From Lenisia limosa (Eukaryota; Protista; Breviatea), in contig LPNZ01007467.1 in NCBI GenBank assembly GCA_001655205.1, forward strand, positions 1 through 39,963: a stretch of DNA of 39,963 nt, read 5' to 3'. Positions 1 through 15,400 of the stretch are shown here, piece after piece. Each line of letters opens with the position of its first letter. The first letter of the stretch is position 1. A program made the position numbers and the translations under genes. The notes beneath the pieces are model-generated. The model was not told where the DNA came from and searched no databases. It saw nothing but the letters and a program-made list of their open reading frames with translations.

Positions 1-465
1 CCCCCCCCCCCCAGGTTTGGACTTGGGATGCTGAAACGATTCAGCCCAACCCCGCCAACAAATGCACTGCTCTCAACGTGGTATGTTATGTATAAGATCA
101 TTTGCATTTTTACTATCTATATCTAAAAAATATAAAACCACCTATGAGAGTATATATACTATATTATACTATAATATATACTGTACATGTATATATAAAG
201 TATATCATATTCGAATATCTTTTGCTTCGTACCCATAGTGGGTATTGACTAACACTGTAGGCCAAGGCAAGATGGGAGACAGTGGCGTGTACGACCGCCT
301 ACCCAGTTGCGTGTAGACAGGATGCTCTGGATCGCTCCACTTTTGTGCCCNNNNNNNNNNNNNNNNNNNNNNNNNNNNNNNNNNNNNNNNNNACAACACT
401 TGGTTCAACTTTGGAGGTGAGGCCTCGCTGTCCTCAGCCAAATCTCACACTCTAGCCGATTCTAA
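1..465 (+). CDS. 3' part of a gene truncated by the window edge; possible C-type-lectin-like domain
   Basis: After a poly-C/AG acceptor, the exon at 15-78 reads VWTWDAETIQPNPANKCTALN. The exon from about 262 reads AKARWETVACTTAYPVACRQDALDRSTFV. The W-x-W..QPN..C..W....C......AC spacing resembles CTLD-like modules. An N gap (351-392) hides part of the end. Confidence 0.35.
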
Positions 466-634
466 CTTCGCGGCCGCCACTTGTGGTGCGTTGTACTCTT
501 TCGAAGCACCGCGTACCGGACTGGAAAATTCCGTTTTAGCGTGGGGAGGGGAGGGGCATGTGGGATGTCTGCCTTTTTTTGCAGTAAAGTCTCTTGAAAC
601 TAGACATAATAATCTGGCGGTTGAACTACACGCT

Positions 635-2103
635 ATGTCAGCCTTTTCACAACGTTTTAAGCTTACACACAGAAAACTCATAATTCTTCTCATGTGTAAC
701 TTATTGTTCAAACTAACCTTTCAGTGCTTTGGCTGCTGCCCAGAACCACACCCATGTGCTTCTTCCTATTGCAATGGCTCAGGGAACGGACGGCGACTTC
801 CAAGTTGTTACCAGTATGGGGCGCACAATTGCTTCCTTGTATTTCTGCTAATATAAGTCGTACCCTTTACTTCTGACACATTTTAGACCCTGGAGCTTTC
901 ACCTTGGAAACAGCTTCGATCGAATATCCCTTTGAGTACCCTCTTGATTGCAATGAAAGAATACACGGAGAGCAGGTAGGCTTCTACTCAGAGAAACGTT
1001 GGAATTTGAGCTGACGGACTATTTAGTACTATAACATTGCCAACTGCTGCAGTGACCAGCTCTGCTACCTCCATGGAGTGTGTACTGTCGTGGTAAGCTT
1101 CATATTATGCCAAGTTTTGCTTTCCAGAATGTCCTTTTCAAGCGTGATAATAAGACAGGCTGACAAGTCACATGTTTTTATCGTTCCTTTCAACATAATA
1201 TATGATCTATTGGGCTACTTTTGACTGTCTCAGAGTGGAAAGACGACCTGCAGTTGCTTCGAAGGCTTCAAGGGATCTGAGTGCATCTTGTCAACTGCGA
1301 GTAGGCATTGAGGGGTACTGAAGTGTTTTTGTTCTTAATTAGCAAATAGTATGTCTTAAACCAGCGATCTTTGTGTCATCATTGATCGATCTACAAATCA
1401 AAAATCTCACAAACCAATGGTCCATGCTCTTTGGGAGACAAAATAAAAACTAAAATTATAATCCATAGGCTATTAATAATGACTATATGATAGTATTAAT
1501 GATATATACTATGTAAATTAGGATATTATATCATATATTACATGACCTTGGTACAAGAAGCCCTGCTCGGGTAAAAAAAGAAAAGGGTACAAAAACACCT
1601 GCTTTTGTTATATATTCCCGATGGGTACTTGTTAGGAAAGTAATTGTTTGGCTTTCAATTTATCATTTCAAGACAGTTTCACTGATGTAGCTTTCACCCC
1701 CGTTCGTGAACACGAAGAAGTTGAGAACCCCATTCCTGTCAACATGATGACCCTCATTGCCTCTGTCACTACAACATTGGCCATTATGTTCGCCGTTTGT
1801 CTGTTCTGCTGTCTCTCCGTCAGAACCAGACAGGTAGGCCTCTTGATACCATATAAGTAGAACTTCACTTTGTTTCAAAAAAAAGATCGAATTTCTCAAT
1901 AAATCCTCAAAAACTATCGATATTTTACCGGTCTTTTTCGAACCGAAGGAAGCTTTACATATTAGCATTTGATCTGGGGAAAAAAAAGTTACTTTTTTAT
2001 TTATTTTTGAATCCCTACTATCATCTTGTCCCCCCCCCCCCTGACAATTTAGCACGCCAAAGTACGGTCCATGAAGAAAAGTCTCAAGGCCAAACCGATC
2101 TAA
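635..2103 (+). CDS. Type I single-pass membrane protein with one EGF-like domain (6 exons)
   Basis: A phase-consistent splice gives MSAFSQRFKLTHRKLIILLIALAAAQ (signal-like), then CCSDQLCYLHGVCTVV|SGKTTCSCFEGFKGSEC (six-Cys EGF pattern, about 1044-1290), then TM LIASVTTTLAIMFAVCLFCCL, then the basic tail SVRTRQ|HAKVRSMKKSLKAKPI* (TAA 2101-2103). Confidence 0.6.
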
Positions 2104-2249
2104 CTATTTTCTTGAAGTTTTGATAATTTTGATGCTTGCGATCCTTTGGTATACTTCCACACAAGTAAATTCGAATGTCAAAAAAAAAACAGAAGCAAAA
2201 AAGAAACAATACTACTCTACAACCTTTAGAATTCTTGTGGTAATATACA

Positions 2250-5200
2250 ATAGTTATCAATAATGTACGAGTTTGACCACTCCTGCATGCTCAGTGCCCG
2301 ACCTCCGAACCTCACCTGAGTGTTATTTGAGAAACATCAAACCCTTACATTGGAGATTCGACCTGGAGAGCTCTGGAGAGTTTGCCACCCCTTAAGCGAT
2401 ACAACAAACACATCCGTGAGAATCAGCTGTGCACTTTGCGCTGGAGCCAAATGATGGTCCCACACCTAGGTGTCAAATAATCTTAAGATTGTTCAACTCA
2501 TACAGATATTCTTTATGAATTATGGATATATAAAAAAAAGGAAACAAGCATCCTTTGATAAAACCTAAGTCCTTCTGATTATCGTAGTAATATATCTGCC
2601 CCAAGACATCCATCTGAACACACCACCCCACCTCCATAATGCTGCCGCTTCGTGAGATTGAGCCCCGAGGGTCCATAGAGGGCTTCGGGAACTGTCTGAA
2701 GAAGTCAACCAATACAATTCCATGGTGTAACAAACGTGGTGTCGAAGCCTGCCCATTCGTAGCCATCTGCAAGCACATGCCCGATGGTCTCGTTGTTCGT
2801 GTTCACTCCTGCAAACCCAATAGCCTACAGGTTAAATCCTAAACAAAACGTCACAAACCTGCCATTTGGGGAAAGTTTCTTGGAAGATTTCAAGATAACC
2901 AGCTAGTCTATAGGCAAATCCTGGGGGGAGATTGACCCCCGCCTAAGGGCAATAAGTGGCAAGAAGCAATAAAACTTACCTTAACAATAAGGGTTGGGAG
3001 GTTGGGGTGGGGTGGCTGAGGAGGCAAGTCAGGTCCCATGGTGAGTTTTATCCTATGAAGATCCGCAGCGAAACTGAATCGTAAAAGGAAACAACTCTTG
3101 GAAAACCCCCATGCCTCCCCTTCGAAAATGTGTTTAACCGTCAACTTTTGAGCAATATTTCAGATCCAAATATAATAACACATTCCATTCTCTTCAGTAT
3201 AAAATCGCACCTTTACGCTCAGTCTTACCAACCTTGAAGAGAACACCGCCGCTAGAAGCGTGTTTGGGTCTTCGGAAGATGCAAGAACATGGATTCCCAA
3301 ACGAATGTGTCTGGATAGTGAAGGAAGAACTAAATAGAGATGGCTACCCCCCCCCCCCANNNNNNNNNNNNNNNNNNNNNNNNNNNNNNNNNNNNNNNNN
3401 NNNNNNNNNNNNNNNNNNNNNNNNNNNNNNNNNNNNNNNNNNNNNGTTGTGACTGAATGTCGACGTTCGTGTCGATAGACCGTGTGTTTCCCTATAAAAT
3501 CAACATGCCAATCAAAAGACTGTCTCGGTAATCGAAATATTAATTTGTATTCATCAAAATGAGAGATGCTTTTCATTGCTTCCAGACAATATTCACACCT
3601 CTTGATGACTCCTTGCTTCCAAAGATGCGACACTGCACTGTTTGAGGCGTTGGGGTCGCTCAATCGTGCCACAGGCCCTCCTGTCTGATTAGCCAGTGGT
3701 ATTGAATCCAGTTCGGTTAAATTGTCGTATTAAAGATCACTACTATCGAGGCTATATTGATGATTATTTGATGTTCGCTGCCGACCTGGTACTTGGGCGT
3801 AGAAGAGGTAGTTTCGATCAGAGGACACCACCCAGTTAGGGTGAGGCTTCTGGAAAATCTACAGAGTCAAAGCCGACAGGAAAAGGCCTACAGTCTTTCC
3901 CGTGAAGTTAGGGATGTAGCCTTTGGAGTTGGCCTGAACCAGGTCCAAGAGATGGAGGACGCTGGGGACAATGTCATTGCCTGAGGTCTGGAGGGGGCTG
4001 AAAAGCATTCCATCAGTCTAAACGGTGAGTTCTGAAATAATACGAGAAATAACAAATAATAAAAGGCTGTGTCGGCCATCCACATACAAATCCGTATACA
4101 GAGAAACAATAAAACCCAAAATAGTGTCAATTACAACCTCTTTCGCTGCGTTGAATGCCTGTTCGACATCACTGTTTTGCCTGAAAGATGAAAGAACATA
4201 ATGTTCACGCACTTGAGTCCCTCGGGCACCCAAGCCACAAGAAGGCCGTCTGTCAGATCGGAGTGCTGCCGTCCGCAATGCCCGGTTCGGAAGATGCCTC
4301 CCTCCATGCCCTGTGGGTCAATATTATTGATTATACTTAAAGCACAATCTAAGTTAACGTTCAATCATTAAATATCATATGATATAATACAGTATTCAAC
4401 GTGTATATGAGTAATGGATCAGAGCTAACCTGGCCATGGTCCGATGTTATGATGACGATAGTGGTGTTGAAGTCGACAACCGACAACACCTGGTCTATAT
4501 CTTCATCGACCTAGTTTCGTGAGAAGAGAGCAAGGATTGTTTCAGTCCTAGCAAATGAACCTACCACAGGCATAAGGATCTTGGTGTAAATTTCATTGTC
4601 ACGAGTGGCATGAAGCAGGTTGTCATGCATAAAAACAAAGAACGGCTGGCTCTGACCATGCTTATTTCCATGGTTGTGGTTCTCGGTAGTGAGAAGAATG
4701 AAACACTTTCTTACATTTTACAAATACGTTTACACAGCTCCATAATAATACTTGTCATGAATGTAAAGTGAAACCTCCCACATTAATGAAAGCCTCAGTT
4801 AAGTTGTGCGTGAAGTCGGAGTACAGGTACGCGTCCCACGAAACTGGCTGCGACCATCCGAAGACCTCCCTCCGACTAAGTTGGTGAGATAACGCAGTAA
4901 CGGGGGAAGTGAGTCACTTTCGCCTTCATTCTCAACCCACATGTCCTTCTTTTGGTCGTTGTTGAGTAGATCGTTATTCTTGATGTTGACTTGGAGGCTC
5001 GTTGTGGCTCCGTTTGCCATTTGTATGACGTCAACTCCACGCTGGTTGAACTTGCCTCCATTTCGCAGCTTCAAAGTTAGTTTCAAATCATCATATGGGA
5101 AGCCGTACGAAATGATGCCCCCATTACCACTACATCCACGTCCGTGAAGACAGAGATGTCGTGTTCCTTCTTAGTCAGCGGATGGTCAGGCATCAGATTC

Positions 5201-6765
5201 AGGTTGCTGGCCATTCCAACCCGCCGATACCGTTCACCAAGGTACCAGCCAAGAAGAGGTACCTGGGGGGGGGGGGGGNNNNNNNNNNNNNNNNNNNNNN
5301 NNNNNNNNNNNNNNNNNNNNNNNNNNNNNNNNNNNNNACCATGTTGGCTAGCAACTAGTGCTTCACTCCGATGCGATCTGGGAGATATTTTGAAAGCGAT
5401 CCGATCCGATCCGATCTGAGTCATTCTTTGAGCGATCCAGAAGCTCAGATCGGATTGGAATGCAAAATAAAAACAAAAGAAAAAAAAAGTAAGAAAAGAA
5501 AAAAAAAGTAATGGAAATGGGTATTGATCTTTCCAGTTTCAACTCACACAAAACCAATTTTGGGAAATAGTCTGCTTCTTGTAATAATTTCTGGTGCACT
5601 GACAAAAAAAAACTGTTATAAATAAGCATTATTTTTACTTTAAAGGGAACAAAAATGGAAAATGAAGGGGGTTCATAAATGAGCGATCCAGCGATCCGAC
5701 CTTAACCGATCCGATCCGATCCGATCCGATCTGGAGACAATTTTCATTTTGAGCGATCCGATCCAGAATCGGATCGGAATGGAGTGAAGCACTACTAGCA
5801 ACACACGAAGGTTAAGAACAGCAAAAAAACAAAGCCTCAATCGCTACTAGAAGATAAACATTTGATAGGTTTGAAAAAGCAACATCGCATACCAGAATAA
5901 TACAAGAAAAAACGGGGGGGTCACCAATACGGCCAAGTTTGTGTTTATAACACAGTTCCGTTACTTGTTCAGAGTCTCACCTTTAGAGATCGATCACTGT
6001 CGAAGATGCCAGTTGCCTCCGGTGCGAGGCCAGTCAGCATGCTCGCGTGTGAGGGGCGCGTCCATGGCGCTGAGGTGGAGTGGTTCGGGAACACCAGCGG
6101 CCTCCTGGGGGGTGAGGTGCTGAACCGGCGGCATGGGCTTACGGTGCGGTCTTTTCCCCCTTGAGCCACGAGAGAAGCTTAGGCGTGCGGGCGAAGTTGA
6201 GGTCATTGTACCGCGGCCGTATACTGACTGTCAGAAACAAACGGAGGGCACTTCAGCAGATGTTTACTCACCTGTCGAAATGATCGAAGAACTCAGCACG
6301 GGCGGTGTCAAGACTGATGAGGAGAACTGGGGGTAAGGACGTCCAATCCGTTTCCTACCATTATAGCCCTCAAGAGCTGTATCTGGAGGAGATGCAGGGG
6401 GGACCTTCTTGTCGAACGGAGGGTATGTCAACTGGGTGCATTACATACAAGAACATATAAACCAATACTATCTGTGATTATTATACTATACTATATGATA
6501 TGATATATAGTTTTGAATAGTAGTGCAATAATTCCTCGATTTGATTAAAGCCAACCAAGTTGAGACACTCACTCCTTGCCGGACTGAACCTCGAACGACA
6601 CTGACAACTAACCTGTAAAATAAGCGTTTACATTGGTCAAGGTCAAATGACTACAGATAGAGACCGATCCCTTCTTACATCCGACACTTCTTCGTTCATA
6701 TTTGCAATGGGGCAAGTCTGCAAACAAGTTATAAGGAACAAAAGCGCTCCTAAGAACAACAACAT
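2250..6765 (-). CDS. Secreted alkaline-phosphatase-superfamily, sulfatase-like hydrolase (Thr nucleophile) with a C-terminal extension; 3' end approximate
   Basis: Spliced translation: signal MLLFLGALLFLITCLQT (ATG 6765); YNVLLISLDTARA; RTPKLLSWL; VFPNHSTSAPWTRPSHASMLTGLAPEATGI (Thr codon 6059-6061); QPFFVFMHDNLLH; VDEDIDQVLSVVDFNTTIVIITSDHGQ (about 4430-4510); DIVPSVLHLLDL...PNFTG. These motifs are in the canonical order of the sulfatase/NPP fold. Exons below about 3800 are less certain. Confidence 0.75.
5356..5794. mobile_element. Non-autonomous hAT-type DNA transposon (MITE), 439 bp, intronic
   Basis: Perfect 14-bp TIR: TAGTGCTTCACTCC at 5356-5369 and GGAGTGAAGCACTA at 5781-5794. Perfect 8-bp TSD CTAGCAAC at 5348-5355 and 5795-5802. 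Subterminal (CCGAT)n/GCGATCC arrays at both ends, an A-rich core and no credible ORF. An 8-bp TSD with a TAG terminus is characteristic of hAT elements. Confidence 0.88.
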
Positions 6766-6829
6766 GTTCTTTTGGGCCAAAAAAAGTCCAGATCAAGTCA
6801 TGGAAAATTAGGGGAAAATAGTTGGACGA

Positions 6830-8732
6830 AAACGCAGCCCGTCAAACCATGAGACTGATGGCGGGTGAACAAGCCAGACCGAGGCCCTCAACCGATCTCC
6901 CCGTCCAGTTGGCAACCTGCAGTCAGAGATGCAATGTCCATAGAAATGAGAGAAAAAAAAAGGTTTAAGCCGTCCTCACAATCACGATTGATAAAAGCAT
7001 ATATTACTGTAAAAACAATTAAATGTCGCGAACTCAACTTTCTCTCCCCTACGCATGAAAAGAATTTTGAATAAGGACATATCGATAGATGATCAGTGTA
7101 CATACGATATGCATATAATATTATATGATGTGTGTATAATAGCGAAGTGTGCCCTCCTGTAATATGCACATGCATACCTGATGCATCTGGCTGATGGCTG
7201 GGTGGGCGGACGCTTTCAATGACCCAACATGGCACGGCGGCGATGATTTCTGAAGGTCAGCTCTCAAAACCAGAAAATCAATGCTATTCTCACATAATAC
7301 AGGAAACACATTCAGTTGCCCTTATCAAAACAACGTAAATGCATATCGACGATATAGTCTTAAAAAGTTAGAAATGTATTGATACCTAGCATATGTATAT
7401 GATGTGGTTGTATGATACACTTTGATAGGTATATCATAATATTAGATCCTATAATATTCCGCCTGGCTTCTATTAACATAAAAACCATACTATTGAATAT
7501 TCTACTGTCTCACCAGAATCTTGGGATAGTGTGGGATAATCCTGGAGTATTTTGCGGCGACCTGTTGGTCCTTGAGTCCTTGGCGGTCCACATCCTGCGG
7601 TCCAGTCGGCTGGTAGTGTCAGACTTATAGCTCACTCTGGGACCCCCGAAATCTCCCCTTGACTCGGAGTGTATAGGGTATCTAGAGCTTGTCCCAAAAA
7701 GACTGAAATTCGAGAAAAAGATTCCCAGTCTTTTTCGGACCGTTCTGGTCAAGGATCATGAGGGAACCTACCAAATACAGGGTGTCAAAAGGGTCTGTTT
7801 TGAAGTTGCCCCTCCAGAGCGTTCCGTTATATGACCACGTATCGTCAGAATCGAAGACCAAGTCGTCCCACTCGGGGTTATGGAAGGCAACCTGTGAGCG
7901 AGGCCGGGCTGGGATGGTGATTGTGTTAGCCTTGGACACCAGGGGGAACTTGAGCTTCTTCCGCCGCCGTATTTTGTGCCTGTTTCTGATGGCAGCATTG
8001 TCGATTTGGTCATCATTGGGCTCAGAAGGCACGTCATCCGGTACGTCGGCTGGTTCGGCTAGAGGCTCAGAAATGTCAGCGGGAGAAGATGGCGATTTAC
8101 TGGGGACGGGAGACGAAGCGCTTGGAGGCTCAATTCGGTCTTTTTCCGACTCTTTGGAGGTCACTGGCTCAGGTGATTTGTTTTCTTCGACTGGCTTGTC
8201 TGCTGAGGAAGAGGTGGCAAACTTGTCAGAGTACTCATCTACGCGAGGTTGTGGCTGGGGGGGGGGGGGGGNNNNNNNNNNNNNNNNNNNNNNNNNNNNN
8301 NNNNNNNNNNNNNNNNNNNNNNNNNNNNNNNNNNNNNNNNNNNNNNNNNNNNNNNNNNNTTAGTGACACCATCTTCCTATCAGTATCACTGGTTGATTTG
8401 AAGACCCCGTCTTCCTGACACTAATTGTAGAAATATCATGTAGACTGAAAAAAAACCAATAGAAGTCAAAAGAGAACACACTCCATCTCAAAGATTTCCC
8501 TCGTTTATTCTTTTCCGGTGTTTTTAATACATACTTGCTGGTCAACCGTCCATGGTGACGACGACTGCGCGAGGGTAACCTGCTGATCTTTTAAAATGGG
8601 TCTGGTGAGTCAGCAATGGAACAGGCAATAGGGCAAATATCACCTTATAAACAGCAAAAATGTGACAAAGAATAGTGTTACTGCAAAGAAGACAAAGAAG
8701 CGGAGTACTGGAAGCCTGTTTCCAACAATCAT
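6830..8732 (-). CDS. Hypothetical type II membrane protein (signal anchor, S/P/E/D-rich stem, luminal domain); 3' end approximate
   Basis: ATG 8732 gives MIVGNRLPVLRFFVFFAVTLFFVTFLLFIR|LPSRSRRHHGRLTSK. A long exon (about 8256-7785) encodes the low-complexity stem PQPRVDEYSDKF...EPPSASSPVPSKSPSSPADISEP and then KFPLVSKANTITIP...WSYNGTLWRGNFKTDPF. Downstream exons are ambiguous. Confidence 0.5.
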
Positions 8733-9058
8733 TGTCAAAAGGCCGCTAATATGTCTCTTTTTTTTTGCATAGTTTGTGTATTTCTTTAACTTAGTTGATT
8801 AATACTTATCGTTATTCAAATTGTTCAAATCTCGTGCTTCTAAAAAAACATTGCTGGATGGATAAATTTTTAATATTAAATAATTCAAGGAAAGGTACTG
8901 TTCAATGAACTTGCCTTTTTCGACATATCCTCGTGTCCCTTAACTATTTAAAAAAATTTTCATTGCCTTTCTTTTATTTATTAATAATTTGGATTTTGCA
9001 ACTCTTATCCCTCGTTTACCTTATAAGTTATATTTATCCAGTTACCTAAATTATTACG

Positions 9059-12297
<3,239 letters not shown>

Positions 12298-12489
12298 TTG
12301 TGTCGATTGCAGTCTTGTGCGTTATATGTTGTTTTCCTTGTTTCCTGTTTCTTGACTTGATATTCTACCATGCATTTATTATTTATTATGTAACACTTTG
12401 TGTGCCACTTATCTATGCTTTGTGTAATTAATATCTAAGAGTAAAATAAGGGTACAGATACGAAGAAACAAGAATAAATACGCAATCCT

Positions 12490-15400
12490 AGACCATACCA
12501 TAACCTCTACCACTCCTCATCCAGCTCATCATCCGTCTCAGGGAGGAACTTCTCCAAGGATTGCTTCAAGTGTGAGTATCGGGACCGTTTTGACCATTTG
12601 ATGTAGTGGGGAAGATGCCGACTTTTCAGAATAAATGGCAGCTAAATGATCAATTACAAAGTCTAGATAAGAGTTGATAACGAGAGATTTTCCGATTTCC
12701 CACAATTTCCTTTTTACTAGTTCCTGATGTAAGAAGCCAAGATAACTGCATCTTTTGGGCTTTTTTAAGAACTTTAAAATCCATTTTCTCAAGTTTGTAG
12801 AAAAACTTGGACCCAATGACTTCCTAAATTGTGATAATCTGTCAACAGTATTAAAATGGGTGAGATATCATTTCGGGATTCCTACTACCTTCACATTTTC
12901 GTCATTGTCTTCAATGATTTGAGTGAAGACTTGAAATACTTTTTCCCGTAAGCTAGATGATGTCAAAGGGATTACCAAAATTTGAAAAATATGTAAATAT
13001 TAAGAAAATTTTGTTTTATATCTACCTACTTTGTATTTCCGAGAGCTTCAATCAAATTTGAGACGTATGGCAGAACCAGGGAACACGAGTATGAGGACGT
13101 TTCAGTCAAAGACACAAACAGCTCAATATGACTCTAAGGGAGTGATCGAACACATTTGGGCCCATGCTTTAGGCAATATTCTCAATACTCTCACTAGGGT
13201 CAGTTTTTCTCGGCGACAAATCAGAGGCATAATTCTCTCAATTCCCGCTTCAGACATCAAAATTGGAGTCTTTCTCCTATGAAGTAAACAAGCCAAAACT
13301 TGCTCTTACCCTGCAAGTTTGAAAATCTCAATAAAGCTAAAATAAGTATCATCATCTCGATCGCCAACTAATTCAAACAGCCGGAAAATGGTTTTGTAAA
13401 ATGTCTACACGGTAACTCAAAATCTGGTATAAATTCAAAGCGGGTCAAACATACCTTGGGCTCTTTGAGCTTCTGCTCTGATTGTAACAGGCGATGAATG
13501 AACTTGATGATAGTGTCCATTTCTTCCTTTGGAACGTCTTTACTTCAGAACAATTAGACGGACATGTTTATAAAAATGTTCATGAACCATTTGCCAAAAG
13601 CCCCACTGGTTTCTTATGTATGTGGCGAAGTTGACTAAAATGCCGCCTGTGCGAGCGGCGTAGTGGATGTCATCGGCATCAAAACAAACACAATGCAAAC
13701 CCTCCAAGCTCTGTCGGCTGATTCGTTCGTCATTGTGCACCAGGTCTTGAGAATAAATTATTCCGGAGACCAATTCAAATAATCCAAATAAGGTCACCAA
13801 CCCACTTTGAGAAAAAAGTTTGGTGACAGGGAGTTTCAGAATCTAAGATAATAAAAACAGCTATCAGTAGCGCGGGGGTTCCAGGCAGCATACCCGAAGT
13901 CGTTGCAGACCGTTATCGCACAGAATAACGGAACAAAGGCCAAGTCCCTCCAACAAAAACTCCTAAAACATGATCAAAAAGATAGGAGTCAGTGGACAAA
14001 ACTAGATCAATCTTAAAACTTCAAAATCATTCTGGTGACTGTTCTTGCTGCACTCACATTATCCTCCGTTTCCAGACACTTGTCAACAATATTGCTGAGG
14101 ACGGGGCTTGATGATAAAAGGCTGAGTGGGGCTTTGCGCACTAACTCGTGAAAAGACCACAGAATGACTAATCCCAATATGACAATGCCACAAACCCAAA
14201 GCCAAGTCCTTCAAAGCAATAATGGATGCCAGACTGAGGTTGCCCTTCATTGCATTGAGTTGATTGGTCATATCCTCCGCTGAAACGGTTCGACTCTCTA
14301 TTCAGTTAGTGCTATTAAGTGCTTCAATCGGTTCAAAACCCCCATGTTATGACCCCCGTGCACACCAGTCCACTGCAACGCGGGTTTGTATGTAGACGTC
14401 ACGATGGCAATGTCAAGCTCTGTACCTTCCGTTTCAAGGTCCTCCTCAAAGTCACTCATCTCATCAATCTTGGCGTAGACCTACAATGACAATGAGCGGT
14501 GTCACTTGCTAATTCCTCGTAAGTATGCGACAAATACCAATAATTGACCAAACTAGCTATGTCATTGTACACGATACCCACATTCTTCATATTCTCTGGC
14601 TTTTCGTCATGCTCTGCTTCCATGTCGAAATTATGGAGTTCGGCCATTCTGAGTTGCGCTTCTTCTAGATTGCTGGGCATCTTGTACGGTTTGTTCATTG
14701 ATTCTGGGAAGGCAGCGTGCGGAAACATGTCCGAAGGCAAGATGTCTGTCTATTCGGGAATGAAATGGAAAGGTCTCTGAATGAAAAGGGCTCTGTTAGT
14801 TCAGCGGCAGACCCCCAAACAGGTATTCCTTTCTTGAACTTCTCAATTCGCTCCTCCCTCTCTCGTCTTTTAAGAGTATCCTCTTTAGATAAGACAGAGA
14901 CATCATAGACACTAAGAAACCAAGATACTGTCATTTCACAAGAAAATCGGTCATTCGACCATATCACTTTTCAACACACACCATACTTTCCCCTGATGTA
15001 TGATGAGGTTTTTGTAATGAACCACCAAGCATTTTCTCACTAAGTTTCAATTAGGTTGAAGAGGTAATGTCCCATCCTTCCACCTTCGGAACCCTGCATT
15101 GCCCCATCCTTCCAACCTTCGGAACCCTGCATTGCCGCCATTTGGGCCTGGTATTCCTCCCATTTCTACAGCAGGTCATTCTGAGACAATTGCACAATTA
15201 ATACGCCATATAGAATGCATAGCTACATAGTACGCCCCCCAAACAGTCATAGGCATTGCGGTGACACCCTTAGATAAATGGCAGGTTTCAAAGGATATAG
15301 GGTTAGGGGGGGGGGGTGCTTTTGCTTATATAACCCTTTCTTCAGCAGAACAGTGCTTATATAACCCTTTCTTCAACAGAACAGTGCTCAATGAATGTCA

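Noticed and set aside
130-200. TA-rich low-complexity tracts (also about 1480-1545, 6480-6510, 38340-38420)
   Set aside because: Intronic simple sequence with no shared termini or TSDs.
5356-5794. CCGAT arrays as a CRISPR array or simple satellite
   Set aside because: There is no repeat-spacer organisation and no cas genes; the arrays are explained as subterminal repeats of a TIR/TSD-bounded element.
7758-8363. Long plus-strand ORFs here and at 24020-24854, 24895-25209 and 11018-11254
   Set aside because: They are antisense or shadow frames of the type II protein, hydrogenase and HSP70 exons.
8880-8912. Heat-shock elements upstream of HSP70 (TTCaagGAA, TTCaatGAA)
   Set aside because: The spacing is 3 nt rather than the canonical 2, and there is no three-unit array.
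15262-15299. ATATCCTTT on the minus strand as a U12 AT-AC donor
   Set aside because: No convincing U12 branch point, and the exon phases are satisfied without it.
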